24,506 nt of DNA from a virus. Its lineage: Duplodnaviria > Caudoviricetes. Position numbers and translations under genes: made by a program. The stretch spans positions 1-24,506 of the IMG/VR virus record IMGVR_UViG_3300035494_000006; one strand, given 5' to 3'. Numbering within the stretch: position 1 is the first letter of the stretch; the number at the start of each line of letters is the position of its first letter. The notes beneath the pieces were generated by a model. The model was not told the DNA's origin, searched no databases, and saw only the letters and a program-made list of their open reading frames with translations. This document shows, in pieces, positions 17,344 to 24,477 of the stretch.

Positions 17344-17524
17344 ACCTCGTGAACGATTGTTGGAAGAAATGCGCTCCCAGCAGTCATTCACGCGCTTCAC
17401 ACAAGGTTGTCCCTTGCATCACACCCGCAGGTGGATACTTGGGGCCGAGGCTTGTGCGTGAAATCCTTTGGTAGCAAGTCACCGGCTTTGCTGCCAGTGC
17501 GACTTGAGTTCCATCGTTCGAGGT
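17344..17524 (-). ncRNA. Structured ~180-nt capsid mRNA leader (multi-stem, closing stem covers the RBS)
   Basis: ACCTCGAACGAT (17513-17524) pairs with ATCGTTCACGAGGT (17344-17357); internal hairpins at 17475-17506 and 17387-17462. Confidence 0.6.
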
Positions 17525-17533
17525 AGGAAGAGT

Positions 17534-17617
17534 TGGTGGTGGGAGCTGGAATCGAACCAGCACAGGTTTCCCAGCGGGTTTACAGCCCGGTGCATTCTCC
17601 ATCATGCGAGTCCCACC
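17534..17617 (-). tRNA. tRNA-Tyr(GTA), encoded CCA, atypical D-arm junction
   Basis: Acceptor GGTGGGA/TCCCACC-A-CCA, anticodon loop CTGTAAA, long variable arm, T-arm GCTGG-TTCGATT-CCAGC. Confidence 0.9.
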
Positions 17618-17645
17618 ACAGGGAATCGGCGGCATTCACATGCGG

Positions 17646-17699
17646 CCTATCTCACTGGGTATCCGTAGCCCAGCTCGGAGATACAGGATCACCTCCTTA
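17646..17699 (-). promoter_or_regulatory. Perfect 14-nt Shine-Dalgarno (TAAGGAGGTGATCC) followed by a hairpin, with no canonical start codon
   Basis: Plus strand 17686-17699 GGATCACCTCCTTA equals the E. coli-type 16S rRNA 3' end; downstream stems TATCTC/GAGATA and CTGGG/CCCAG. Confidence 0.6.
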
Positions 17700-17806
17700 T
17701 CGGCGTTATTGCCTATGATTCTGTTCTGAGAGAGGAACCTCCCGATTTGAGCTTACCGCTTTCTACCAAAAGGTTACGCACCACGGCAGAGGCTTGGGAG
17801 GTATTT

Positions 17807-17892
17807 AAAAGAACCTCCCCGTAGCCGAAGCAAGAGGGGGAGGCCGTGTTAAGAGACAACCAACAGGAGAGACTTGGAGGTGTTTATTCTCC
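17807..17892 (-). ncRNA. Candidate ~86-nt sRNA from the late phage promoter
   Basis: Begins at the predicted +1 (GGAG) with a 5' stem GGAG/CTCC, a CU/GU-rich single-stranded core, and a terminator-like GGCCTCCCC...C-TTCG-G...GGGGAGGTT-CTTTT. Confidence 0.5.
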
Positions 17893-17909
17893 AAGACTGT
17901 ACACTAATT
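17889..17909 (-). promoter_or_regulatory. Candidate phage RNA polymerase promoter (phi10-like position)
   Basis: AATTAGTGTACAGTCTTGGAG, overlapping the holin stop codon; one of three co-oriented copies. Confidence 0.82.
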
Positions 17910-18335
17910 GATTCGCTTCCTTTTCTCGGCTGTTCGGAAGCCTGTGTAGCCAAGGTAGCCTGTACCGAATAACCACCAGAGTTCTTCTGGAACAGCCTCG
18001 AAGCCAGCCTTCACGTTGGCGAAAAAGAGTGTCATCTGGTCCGGGTAGAAGACACCCACAAGAGGAGCTACCAGTACCAGACTGAGGATCACCGTGTAGA
18101 AGACGTACATGAAGGACGGACGGGCACGACTGGTCCACTTGTCCTCACTTGCAGCTTCCTGAGCGATCACTGATAGGCGACTGGAAAGTTCGTTAAACTC
18201 CCCCTCCTGTTCCATCTTTGCGAGTTCTCGCTGGGCTTTGGCCTTCTGTTCAGGGTCGGGGAAAAGACGTTCGATCATCCTTTCCCCTACGGAGAACAGG
18301 CCAGCCACTACCGCAGGGGCTAAAGGTCCGGCCAT
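17904..18335 (-). CDS. Holin of the 3TM / GTA-holin type
   Basis: MIERLFPDPEQKAKAQ, EAASEDKWTSRARPSFMYV and LWWLFGTGYLGYTGFRTAEK are characteristic of this family; GAGGTG RBS. Confidence 0.8.
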   Translation of the reverse strand: MAGPLAPAVVAGLFSVGERMIERLFPDPEQKAKAQRELAKMEQEGEFNELSSRLSVIAQEAASEDKWTSRARPSFMYVFYTVILSLVLVAPLVGVFYPDQMTLFFANVKAGFEAVPEELWWLFGTGYLGYTGFRTAEKRKRIN

Positions 18336-18343
18336 GAGTCACC

Positions 18344-19132
18344 TCACATGATGTTGGAACGGGACAGCTTCTCCTGAACCTCAGCACGGTACGCCGGGTC
18401 AGTCGCATAGCGGGGGTCTTTCATCGCTGCAGTCAACTGGGCCAGAGACTTGAAGCCCTCACCAGCAGCGCCCTTATCGCCACCTACCAGCTTCGGTTCG
18501 GTGCCTACAGCCTTCTCATAGCGGTAGGCCAGAGACATGACTGCATTGCGAACGGTCGCCAGATCACCACTATCAACGTCACGGTTGTACCGCTCAATGT
18601 CAGCCTTACTCATGTTCTGAACGGCCCACTCAACGATGGTGTTGAACTGATCCTCTCCACCCAGCTCATTGAAGATTTCGCCACGGATCTTCTCAGCCTG
18701 TGCCTGTTGACCGGCAACGTACTGATCAACAATCTCACGACTGATACCGGCTTTCTCCAGCGCAGCGTAGTGTTCCTCAGAGATGGTACCTGTCTCGTAG
18801 AAGTTGTTGGCAATGTCATCAATGTTCAGACCAGCCTTCTCAACTACCTCTTCGACCTGCTCCTTGGTTGCCTCTTCAGGCTTCACCTCGGGCTTGTCTT
18901 CCGGTTTGTTACCCTGAGATAGCTTACGCTCCAACTCCAGATAGGCTTTCTCCAGATCCTCCTGAGAGTTGAACTTACCGAGGATCTTCTGGCCTTCTTC
19001 CTGCTTCGGCGCGTCACCACCTACAGATGCCAGTTCGTTTTCCTTCTGGGCTACCTTGTCGAGCATTGCCTGTTCGTGGCCTTCCGGTGCTGCACCAGAA
19101 GCATCACCGCCAGTGTTCAGAATGTCTGCCAT
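18344..19132 (-). CDS. Capsid scaffolding protein (T7 gp9-like)
   Basis: Acidic; GKFNSQEDLEKAYLELE, GGEDQFNTIVEWA and AMKDPRYATDPAYRAEVQEKL motifs. Confidence 0.93.
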   Translation of the reverse strand: MADILNTGGDASGAAPEGHEQAMLDKVAQKENELASVGGDAPKQEEGQKILGKFNSQEDLEKAYLELERKLSQGNKPEDKPEVKPEEATKEQVEEVVEKAGLNIDDIANNFYETGTISEEHYAALEKAGISREIVDQYVAGQQAQAEKIRGEIFNELGGEDQFNTIVEWAVQNMSKADIERYNRDVDSGDLATVRNAVMSLAYRYEKAVGTEPKLVGGDKGAAGEGFKSLAQLTAAMKDPRYATDPAYRAEVQEKLSRSNIM

Positions 19133-19144
19133 AAAGTTCTCCTG

Positions 19145-19312
19145 TTATCGGGATACAACCACCAGTCCGCTTGGGAGTTTGGTGATGGTGGGTTCTACTG
19201 TTCGTTTGGTTTCGGGTTTTGCCGCCTCAGAAACGGAAGAGACCACCTCTTGGGTGGCCTCCTCGGTGTTCTTTCGGGAGCGGCGGCGTGTCTGCTGTTT
19301 AACTTCAGCCAC
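19145..19312 (-). CDS. Small hypothetical protein, 55 aa (not in the supplied ORF track)
   Basis: AGGAG RBS 6 nt before a GTG start overlapping the portal end; MAEVKQQTRRRSRKNTEE...TKLPSGLVVVSR fills the portal-scaffold gap exactly. Confidence 0.7.
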   Translation of the reverse strand: MAEVKQQTRRRSRKNTEEATQEVVSSVSEAAKPETKRTVEPTITKLPSGLVVVSR

Positions 19313-20864
19313 TGTTCACTCCTGCTTTCACTGCTTCTTTCGCCATATCCATACCGCCTTGAGCCATCATCTGACCCATTGCGGCTTCTTGCGCCTGTTT
19401 CATCTGAGCCTGACGCATCTGCATCACTTCCTCCTCGCTGCGTACAAGGCCAGCCATGTCTATACCCAGAGCTGTTCCTCGGCGTGTCAGGTAGTCACCC
19501 ACGTTGAGGTACTGGGAGACCACTTCAGGTCCGAACGTCTGGAGTACCCCGCCGATGAACACGTCCAGTTTGTTCAGGTCATGTCCTCGGCCAAGTGCTT
19601 CAAGGCCAGTTGTGATGGTGGGACGCACGGTACCTTCAGGCAGCTTCGGAATGCGCTTCTTGCGTTCCAACTGGTAGAGCAACCGTTGGATCAACGGGAG
19701 CTGGAACTCTTGGCTCAGGACCGAATAGACGCCTCCAAGGGCATCTTCCAGTTCACCGGCCATGTAGCGGATCTCTTCGGCTGTCACTCGCTCACCACTA
19801 CGCTGAACTGAGGTGTTCAACAGGAAGGCGAACGAGAGGCGTTGGGAGATGGATTCGATGGTTTCAAAGGCCACCCGGAAGTCAGCGTACTTCTCCACCT
19901 GAAGCACTGAAATGTCTTCGGCGTTACCAGCACGGACAGCGCCATTGGGTGCCTCAGAGAGAGTCTTCTGGCTGGTCAGTCCGTTTGGATTGACGAGGAA
20001 CAGTACCTTGGCAGCAGCGGCTGAACCTTCAACGATGGCTTTAGTGAGGGCTTCAAGTGAACGAAGGTCTCCGTAGTATTCCTCGACATAGCCCCGGCCA
20101 TAGTCCTCACCATCAATCTTGGTGAAGCGCAAGGGAATCCACGGGGATTTGTCCAGAGGATAGGTACCTCGGGTGCCCTCAATGACTCGACCTTTGACCT
20201 CCTGATAGACCACCCACTTGCGCCCATCACGGACCACTCGGGTGAACAGATCAAGGTTCTTGTTGGTGTCGAGTTTCTTTGGTTCGTTGGTGTCCACTTC
20301 CAGCAGCTCCTGTTGGAGTTTTGCCGGGAGAGTGGAGAATGCAACAGACTCCTTGACCACTATCTCAAGGACGTTACCAGAGGGATCACGGCGGACCACA
20401 TAGTTCTCCAGTGAGAAGAACTTGAGTCCGCCTTCGGGTTGCACGTAGAGTAAGCCATTACCGGCAACGATCAGGTGCTTCAACGCTTCACCTACAGTCA
20501 CACGGTAAGCCTGACTCTCAATCTCACTCATCGCTGTACGTTCGATCTTGCCCAGTGCTTTCTCGACTTCAGCCCGGAGACCTTCCTGTTGGGTCAGGTC
20601 TTCAAGGGTGTAGTCATCCACTGCCAGCCTGAAGAACGGGCTGTTGGGGGGCAACAGGGCCAGCAGTAGTTTTGCACTCAGGTTGTTTACACCACGGGCA
20701 CCGAGACCTTGGAAGGGTGTCTCAAGTTTGGTGCTACCGTTGGAACCTTGGGGCGGGTACAGGGAGGGGATGGTGAGTTTGGCGCAGTCTCGGGCACGTT
20801 CCAGATATGGTGATCGAGTAGTCTCAAGGGCCGCATATCGTCCTGCGGCAGAGACTTGCTCCAT
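19305..20864 (-). CDS. Portal / head-tail connector (T7 gp8-like)
   Basis: CAKLTIPSL, GARGVNNLSAKLLLALLPP, GEDYGRGYVEE and ERVTAEEIR motifs. Confidence 0.97.
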   Translation of the reverse strand: MEQVSAAGRYAALETTRSPYLERARDCAKLTIPSLYPPQGSNGSTKLETPFQGLGARGVNNLSAKLLLALLPPNSPFFRLAVDDYTLEDLTQQEGLRAEVEKALGKIERTAMSEIESQAYRVTVGEALKHLIVAGNGLLYVQPEGGLKFFSLENYVVRRDPSGNVLEIVVKESVAFSTLPAKLQQELLEVDTNEPKKLDTNKNLDLFTRVVRDGRKWVVYQEVKGRVIEGTRGTYPLDKSPWIPLRFTKIDGEDYGRGYVEEYYGDLRSLEALTKAIVEGSAAAAKVLFLVNPNGLTSQKTLSEAPNGAVRAGNAEDISVLQVEKYADFRVAFETIESISQRLSFAFLLNTSVQRSGERVTAEEIRYMAGELEDALGGVYSVLSQEFQLPLIQRLLYQLERKKRIPKLPEGTVRPTITTGLEALGRGHDLNKLDVFIGGVLQTFGPEVVSQYLNVGDYLTRRGTALGIDMAGLVRSEEEVMQMRQAQMKQAQEAAMGQMMAQGGMDMAKEAVKAGVNSG

Positions 20865-20874
20865 AGGCTACCTC

Positions 20875-21099
20875 TTACATCGGGATGTTCAGACCAGATC
20901 CACCAGACATACCTGAAGTGTTCAGGTCGATACGCAGAGAGTTGCGTCCTTTCCGGCGTACCCTTGAAGTGCTATCAGTCGCTGCAGACTGGGGGGTTCC
21001 CTGCTTGGAGGCGGCTGATACTTCAGGTGTAGGGGCAGGAGGAGCTGGTGGCTCAGGGGGTTTCGGGGCTTTGGGCTTCTTGAAAGGATTACCGCACAA
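20875..21099 (-). CDS. Small virion protein (T7 gp6.7/gp7.3-like position)
   Basis: TTG start with AGGAG RBS; MC-start, Pro-rich, C-terminal RKGRNSLRIDL...GSGLNIP. Confidence 0.7.
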   Translation of the reverse strand: MCGNPFKKPKAPKPPEPPAPPAPTPEVSAASKQGTPQSAATDSTSRVRRKGRNSLRIDLNTSGMSGGSGLNIPM

Positions 21100-21286
21100 T
21101 GGTCGTTTCTCCTATGACATTCTCGTTCTGTTGATCGAAGACAGATTGAAGGAAACGAACGACTCTGCGTTCACCTACCTTCATCCATACCTCCCGATCA
21201 GACCAACTCGGATCAGGACAACGCTCAGGGAAGCGATGGTCCAACTCTTTGAGTAAGTCTTCAGGTATGACTGGTAGTTTCTCCAT
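21089..21286 (-). CDS. Conserved-looking small protein at the start of the late operon, ~65 aa
   Basis: LLKELDHRFPERCP...GERRVVRFL; first ORF after the promoter at 21323-21343; start could be 21286 (ATG) or 21295 (GTG). Confidence 0.7.
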   Translation of the reverse strand: MEKLPVIPEDLLKELDHRFPERCPDPSWSDREVWMKVGERRVVRFLQSVFDQQNENVIGETTIVR

Positions 21287-21322
21287 AAGTAACACCTATA
21301 GATAATGACCTTTCCCCCTGTC

Positions 21323-21343
21323 TTCCAAGACTGTTCACTAATT
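21323..21343 (-). promoter_or_regulatory. Candidate phage RNA polymerase promoter (phi6.5-like position)
   Basis: AATTAGTGAACAGTCTTGGAA, 18/20 identical to the other two copies; intergenic between nrdB and the structural operon. Confidence 0.78.
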
Positions 21344-21356
21344 GGAGAGGCCGGGA

Positions 21357-22334
21357 TTACTCCCAGCCCCACTCGCCTTCCATCCCCTTCTGGTTGTAGT
21401 CGGTGACACGGCCCTCAAAGAAGTTCTTTTGAGAGTCACCACTGATAATGTGGTCCACCCACGGCAGGGGATTTCGTTCGATGTTCCAGTTAGGTTTCAG
21501 TCCGAGTTGAGTCAGACGGCGGTCTGCAATGAATCGGATGTAGGTCTTCACCTCCTCTTTGGTGATACCTTTCGGGCCACCAAGAGCAAATGACAGATCA
21601 ATGAATTTATCCTCAAGATCGACACCAGTTCGGAACATATCGTAGATAGTTCGTTTGAAAGGATCGGTGACAATATGAGGGTTTTCCTCGCAGTGTTGCC
21701 GGAAGAGACTGGACATGAACTCAACGTGCATAGTCTCGTCACGGACTGACCACTCCACGATTTCACACATGCCCAGCATCTTGGAGCCAGCCTCTTTGCG
21801 CTGGTAGTTGAGCAACTGGACGAAGGCAGAGAACAAGGACATGCCCTCGTTCATCACGGTACGCGCCACGTTCAGGCCCATCTCGTAGGCAGGGTCAGTG
21901 ACTCCTGTATTACGGAAGTCCTGCATGAACGCAGCCTTGTCGGCCATCTCCTCGTACTCAAGGAACGCCCGGTACTCACTCTCAGGTAAACCAAGGGTGT
22001 CGTTCAGGAGCGCGTAGGCTCGCATGTGGGTGGACTCTCGGTTGGCAATCGAGAGCATTCCCATACGGGCTTCGTTGTTCTTGTAGTACGGCAGGAAGAC
22101 ATCAACGTAGGAGCCGCCTACGATCTGGTCACTTTGGGTGAACAGCCGCAGGATCTGGGTGATATGGTTCTTCTCCTCCGGTGTGATGGTCCCGTCTTTC
22201 CACTGGTTCACATCACGCTGGAGAGAAGCCTCCCATTCGCCCCAGAAGACGGACTCATGGTTGATCGCTTGGTTGACAAACTCCGGGTAGGCAAAGGGTT
22301 TGTACGTGGTTGAGTAATCGGTCAGCCTTGGCAT
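21357..22334 (-). CDS. nrdB: Ribonucleotide reductase class Ia beta subunit, ~325 aa
   Basis: Diiron ligands in FTQSD, RESTH, NEG and RDETMH; radical Tyr in HMRAY; C-terminal NFFEGRVTDY; start at 22334 behind AGGAGGAG. Confidence 0.95.
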   Translation of the reverse strand: MPRLTDYSTTYKPFAYPEFVNQAINHESVFWGEWEASLQRDVNQWKDGTITPEEKNHITQILRLFTQSDQIVGGSYVDVFLPYYKNNEARMGMLSIANRESTHMRAYALLNDTLGLPESEYRAFLEYEEMADKAAFMQDFRNTGVTDPAYEMGLNVARTVMNEGMSLFSAFVQLLNYQRKEAGSKMLGMCEIVEWSVRDETMHVEFMSSLFRQHCEENPHIVTDPFKRTIYDMFRTGVDLEDKFIDLSFALGGPKGITKEEVKTYIRFIADRRLTQLGLKPNWNIERNPLPWVDHIISGDSQKNFFEGRVTDYNQKGMEGEWGWE

Positions 22335-24085
22335 GACAGGCACTCCTCCTCTTGGTTGAAGTCTTTGAGAGCCTTTCGCTCCAACTTCACTGACACCTTA
22401 TCCCCGGTGAACCCGGACTCAGTTCGCAGGTAGTACAGTCCTTTCAGTCCCTTGGTGTACGCCATCAGGTGAACCTCATTGACGTACCGGCGCTGGGCAC
22501 CAAAGGGGAAGTACACGTTGACCGACTGCCCCTGACAGACTTCAGGCTGGCGGTCTGCTGCGTGAGTGATGACCCATCGCTGGTCAATCTCCGGGCCGGT
22601 CTTGAAGACTTCCTTCTCCCAATCACTCAGGAAATCCAAGTGCTGCACTGATCCTTTGTTGAGGATGATGGACTGACGCACCTCATCGGTGTTCTGGCCG
22701 TAACCCTCCAGCAGCTTCTCAAGCACAGGGTTGAAGACCAGATGGGAACCAGCGCGGGTACGTTGGGTGAAGGCGTTGCTTCGTAGTGGCTCAATGGACG
22801 GTGATGTCCCGCAGATGAGGCCGGAGTTGGCGTTCGGAGCGATAGCCAACAGGTGAGAGTTACGGCGACCAGTGCCCTCCATATCGGGGGCTTCGCCACG
22901 TTCTTTGCCCAGCTCATAGGTAGCCTCCAGTGCTTGGGACTTGATGTGTTTGAATACCTGTTTGTTCAGGCCAACAGCCATCGGAGACTCCCAAGGGATC
23001 ATCTTGCGCTGCAACAGGGAGTGGAAGCCCATGGCACCAAGTCCGATGGCTCGTTCCCGATGAGCCGAGTAGACAGCCTTGGCCATCTCTTCAGGAGCGT
23101 TCTCAATGAAGAAGGTCAGGACGTTATCTAGGAATCGCACCCACCGCTTGATGAACTGCTTGTCGTGCTTCCACTCGTCATATCGTTCGAGGTTGACGCT
23201 AGAGAGGCAGCAAACAGCAGTTCGGTATTCGTCTGTTGCGAGGTGGATCTCGTTGCACAGGTTCGATCCGTGGATGCGGAGACCGAGTTCCTTTTGTACA
23301 TCTGGTAGCCAGCGGTTGGCTGTGTCGATGAAGTTGAGGTACGGCTCTCCTGTCTTGAAGCGAGTTTCGAGGATCGACTGCCAGAGTTCTCGTGCATCGA
23401 CTGTCTCTTTAACCACACCAGTGTGAGGACAGAGTAGGTCAAAGCTACGGCCAGCAAACACAGCGCCCATAAATTCATCGGTGATATTGACTGCATGGTG
23501 GATGTTGAAACACTTACGGTTAATGTCCCCGCCAGTCGGCATACGAATGTTCAGGAACTCGACTACATCTGGATGGGAAATGTCGAGATATGCAGCGTAA
23601 CTGCCCTTTCGTGTGCGTCCCTGACGGAACCCTTCGACTGCACTATCGGCAATCTTCATGTGCGGTATCGGTCCAACAGACTTATCGGACACCGCACGGA
23701 TGGAAGACCAGTGACCGCCCACACCGCCACCCAACATGGACAGCCATGCGAGTTCGGCTTGGTGGTCTACCAGTCCCTCTCGGGTATCCGCAACGAAACC
23801 CAAGAAGCAACTGATAGGCATCGCCTTGGGTAGCTCACCGGGCATCGGAGCGTTGGACTGGATGGGACTTGAGTACATGGCCCAGCCTTTGGACACGTCA
23901 TCGTAGATCGCTTGTGCGAGGGCCAGGTCTCCATCGCAGAAGGCCAGTGCAGGACGTGCAAAAGCCTGTTGAATGGTCTCACCTTCACGCAAATAAAAAC
24001 CCCGCAGCAGGTCTACTGCGAGGTCTGTGAGGCGGGAGTCGCGTGAGTAATCGAGGGTGAGACCGTGGTAGGTCTCGGTGGTCAT
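22322..24085 (-). CDS. nrdA: Ribonucleotide reductase class Ia alpha subunit, short form without ATP cone
   Basis: ISCFL, GSNLCNEI, AVCCLSS, AIAPNANS, GLYYLR and C-terminal CLSCQG; only 587 aa. Confidence 0.96.
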   Translation of the reverse strand: MTTETYHGLTLDYSRDSRLTDLAVDLLRGFYLREGETIQQAFARPALAFCDGDLALAQAIYDDVSKGWAMYSSPIQSNAPMPGELPKAMPISCFLGFVADTREGLVDHQAELAWLSMLGGGVGGHWSSIRAVSDKSVGPIPHMKIADSAVEGFRQGRTRKGSYAAYLDISHPDVVEFLNIRMPTGGDINRKCFNIHHAVNITDEFMGAVFAGRSFDLLCPHTGVVKETVDARELWQSILETRFKTGEPYLNFIDTANRWLPDVQKELGLRIHGSNLCNEIHLATDEYRTAVCCLSSVNLERYDEWKHDKQFIKRWVRFLDNVLTFFIENAPEEMAKAVYSAHRERAIGLGAMGFHSLLQRKMIPWESPMAVGLNKQVFKHIKSQALEATYELGKERGEAPDMEGTGRRNSHLLAIAPNANSGLICGTSPSIEPLRSNAFTQRTRAGSHLVFNPVLEKLLEGYGQNTDEVRQSIILNKGSVQHLDFLSDWEKEVFKTGPEIDQRWVITHAADRQPEVCQGQSVNVYFPFGAQRRYVNEVHLMAYTKGLKGLYYLRTESGFTGDKVSVKLERKALKDFNQEEECLSCQG

Positions 24086-24378
24086 GCTTTAACAAACACT
24101 CCGTTAATCATCTGACCCTTGCGGTCTTTAATCTCGTTGTAGGCACGGGAGAGACAGGAACTCAGGGACAGGCCGTGCATGTGGGCTTGGATGATGAGCG
24201 TCACCAGAATATCTCCGATGGCATCCTCAGTGTCAGACAGGTTGTGTTCGATCAAAGCTGTCATCAGCTCAGTGGTTTCTTCGAGGGTCTTGCTGAACTG
24301 AGTGATAGGAGTGGCACCCTCAAAGATGCCCTTCTCCTCGGCCCATTTGATGACTTCGTTCTCAAGGCTTTCGATCAT
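24082..24378 (-). CDS. MazG-like (all-alpha) NTP pyrophosphohydrolase, single domain
   Basis: WAEEKGI, KTLEETTEL, EDAIGDILVTLII and AYNEIKDRKG motifs; ATGA-type coupling to nrdA. Confidence 0.85.
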   Translation of the reverse strand: MIESLENEVIKWAEEKGIFEGATPITQFSKTLEETTELMTALIEHNLSDTEDAIGDILVTLIIQAHMHGLSLSSCLSRAYNEIKDRKGQMINGVFVKA

Positions 24379-24431
24379 GCAGTGGTACTCCGGTTGAAAA
24401 ACTCAATGATTGAACTGGCTATAGTTTCCCG

Positions 24432-24477
24432 GACACACAGACGCAGGTAATATCACCTGCCTATCAAGGTGTGTGTC
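24432..24477 (-). other. Stem-loop with internal loop upstream of the MazG-like gene (possible processing site)
   Basis: Outer stem GACACAC/GTGTGTC and inner stem GCAGGT/ACCTGC. Confidence 0.4.

Noticed and set aside
16433-17461. 342-aa plus-strand ORF antisense to the capsid gene
   Set aside because: Shadow ORF expected from the biased codon usage of a highly expressed gene; no recognisable motifs or RBS, and it opposes the transcription direction.
17534-17617. tRNA as a prophage attachment site
   Set aside because: It is a full-length tRNA inside the late operon, with no duplicated 3' end, integrase or host DNA in the window.
17686-17699. 16S rRNA gene fragment
   Set aside because: Only 14 nt match and the flanks are not rRNA-like; treated as an SD-type element on the minus strand.
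17620-17810. tmRNA or self-cleaving ribozyme
   Set aside because: No tag reading frame ending in Ala-Ala and no hammerhead, twister or pistol core recognised by eye; an Rfam search would be needed to exclude them fully.
18969-19811. 280-aa plus-strand ORF across portal and scaffold
   Set aside because: Antisense to three coupled minus-strand genes with no independent coding signal.
21349-21368. Terminator at the nrdB stop (GGCTGGGA-GTAA-TCCCGGCC)
   Set aside because: A hairpin is present but has no U tract, so it is not called as an intrinsic terminator.
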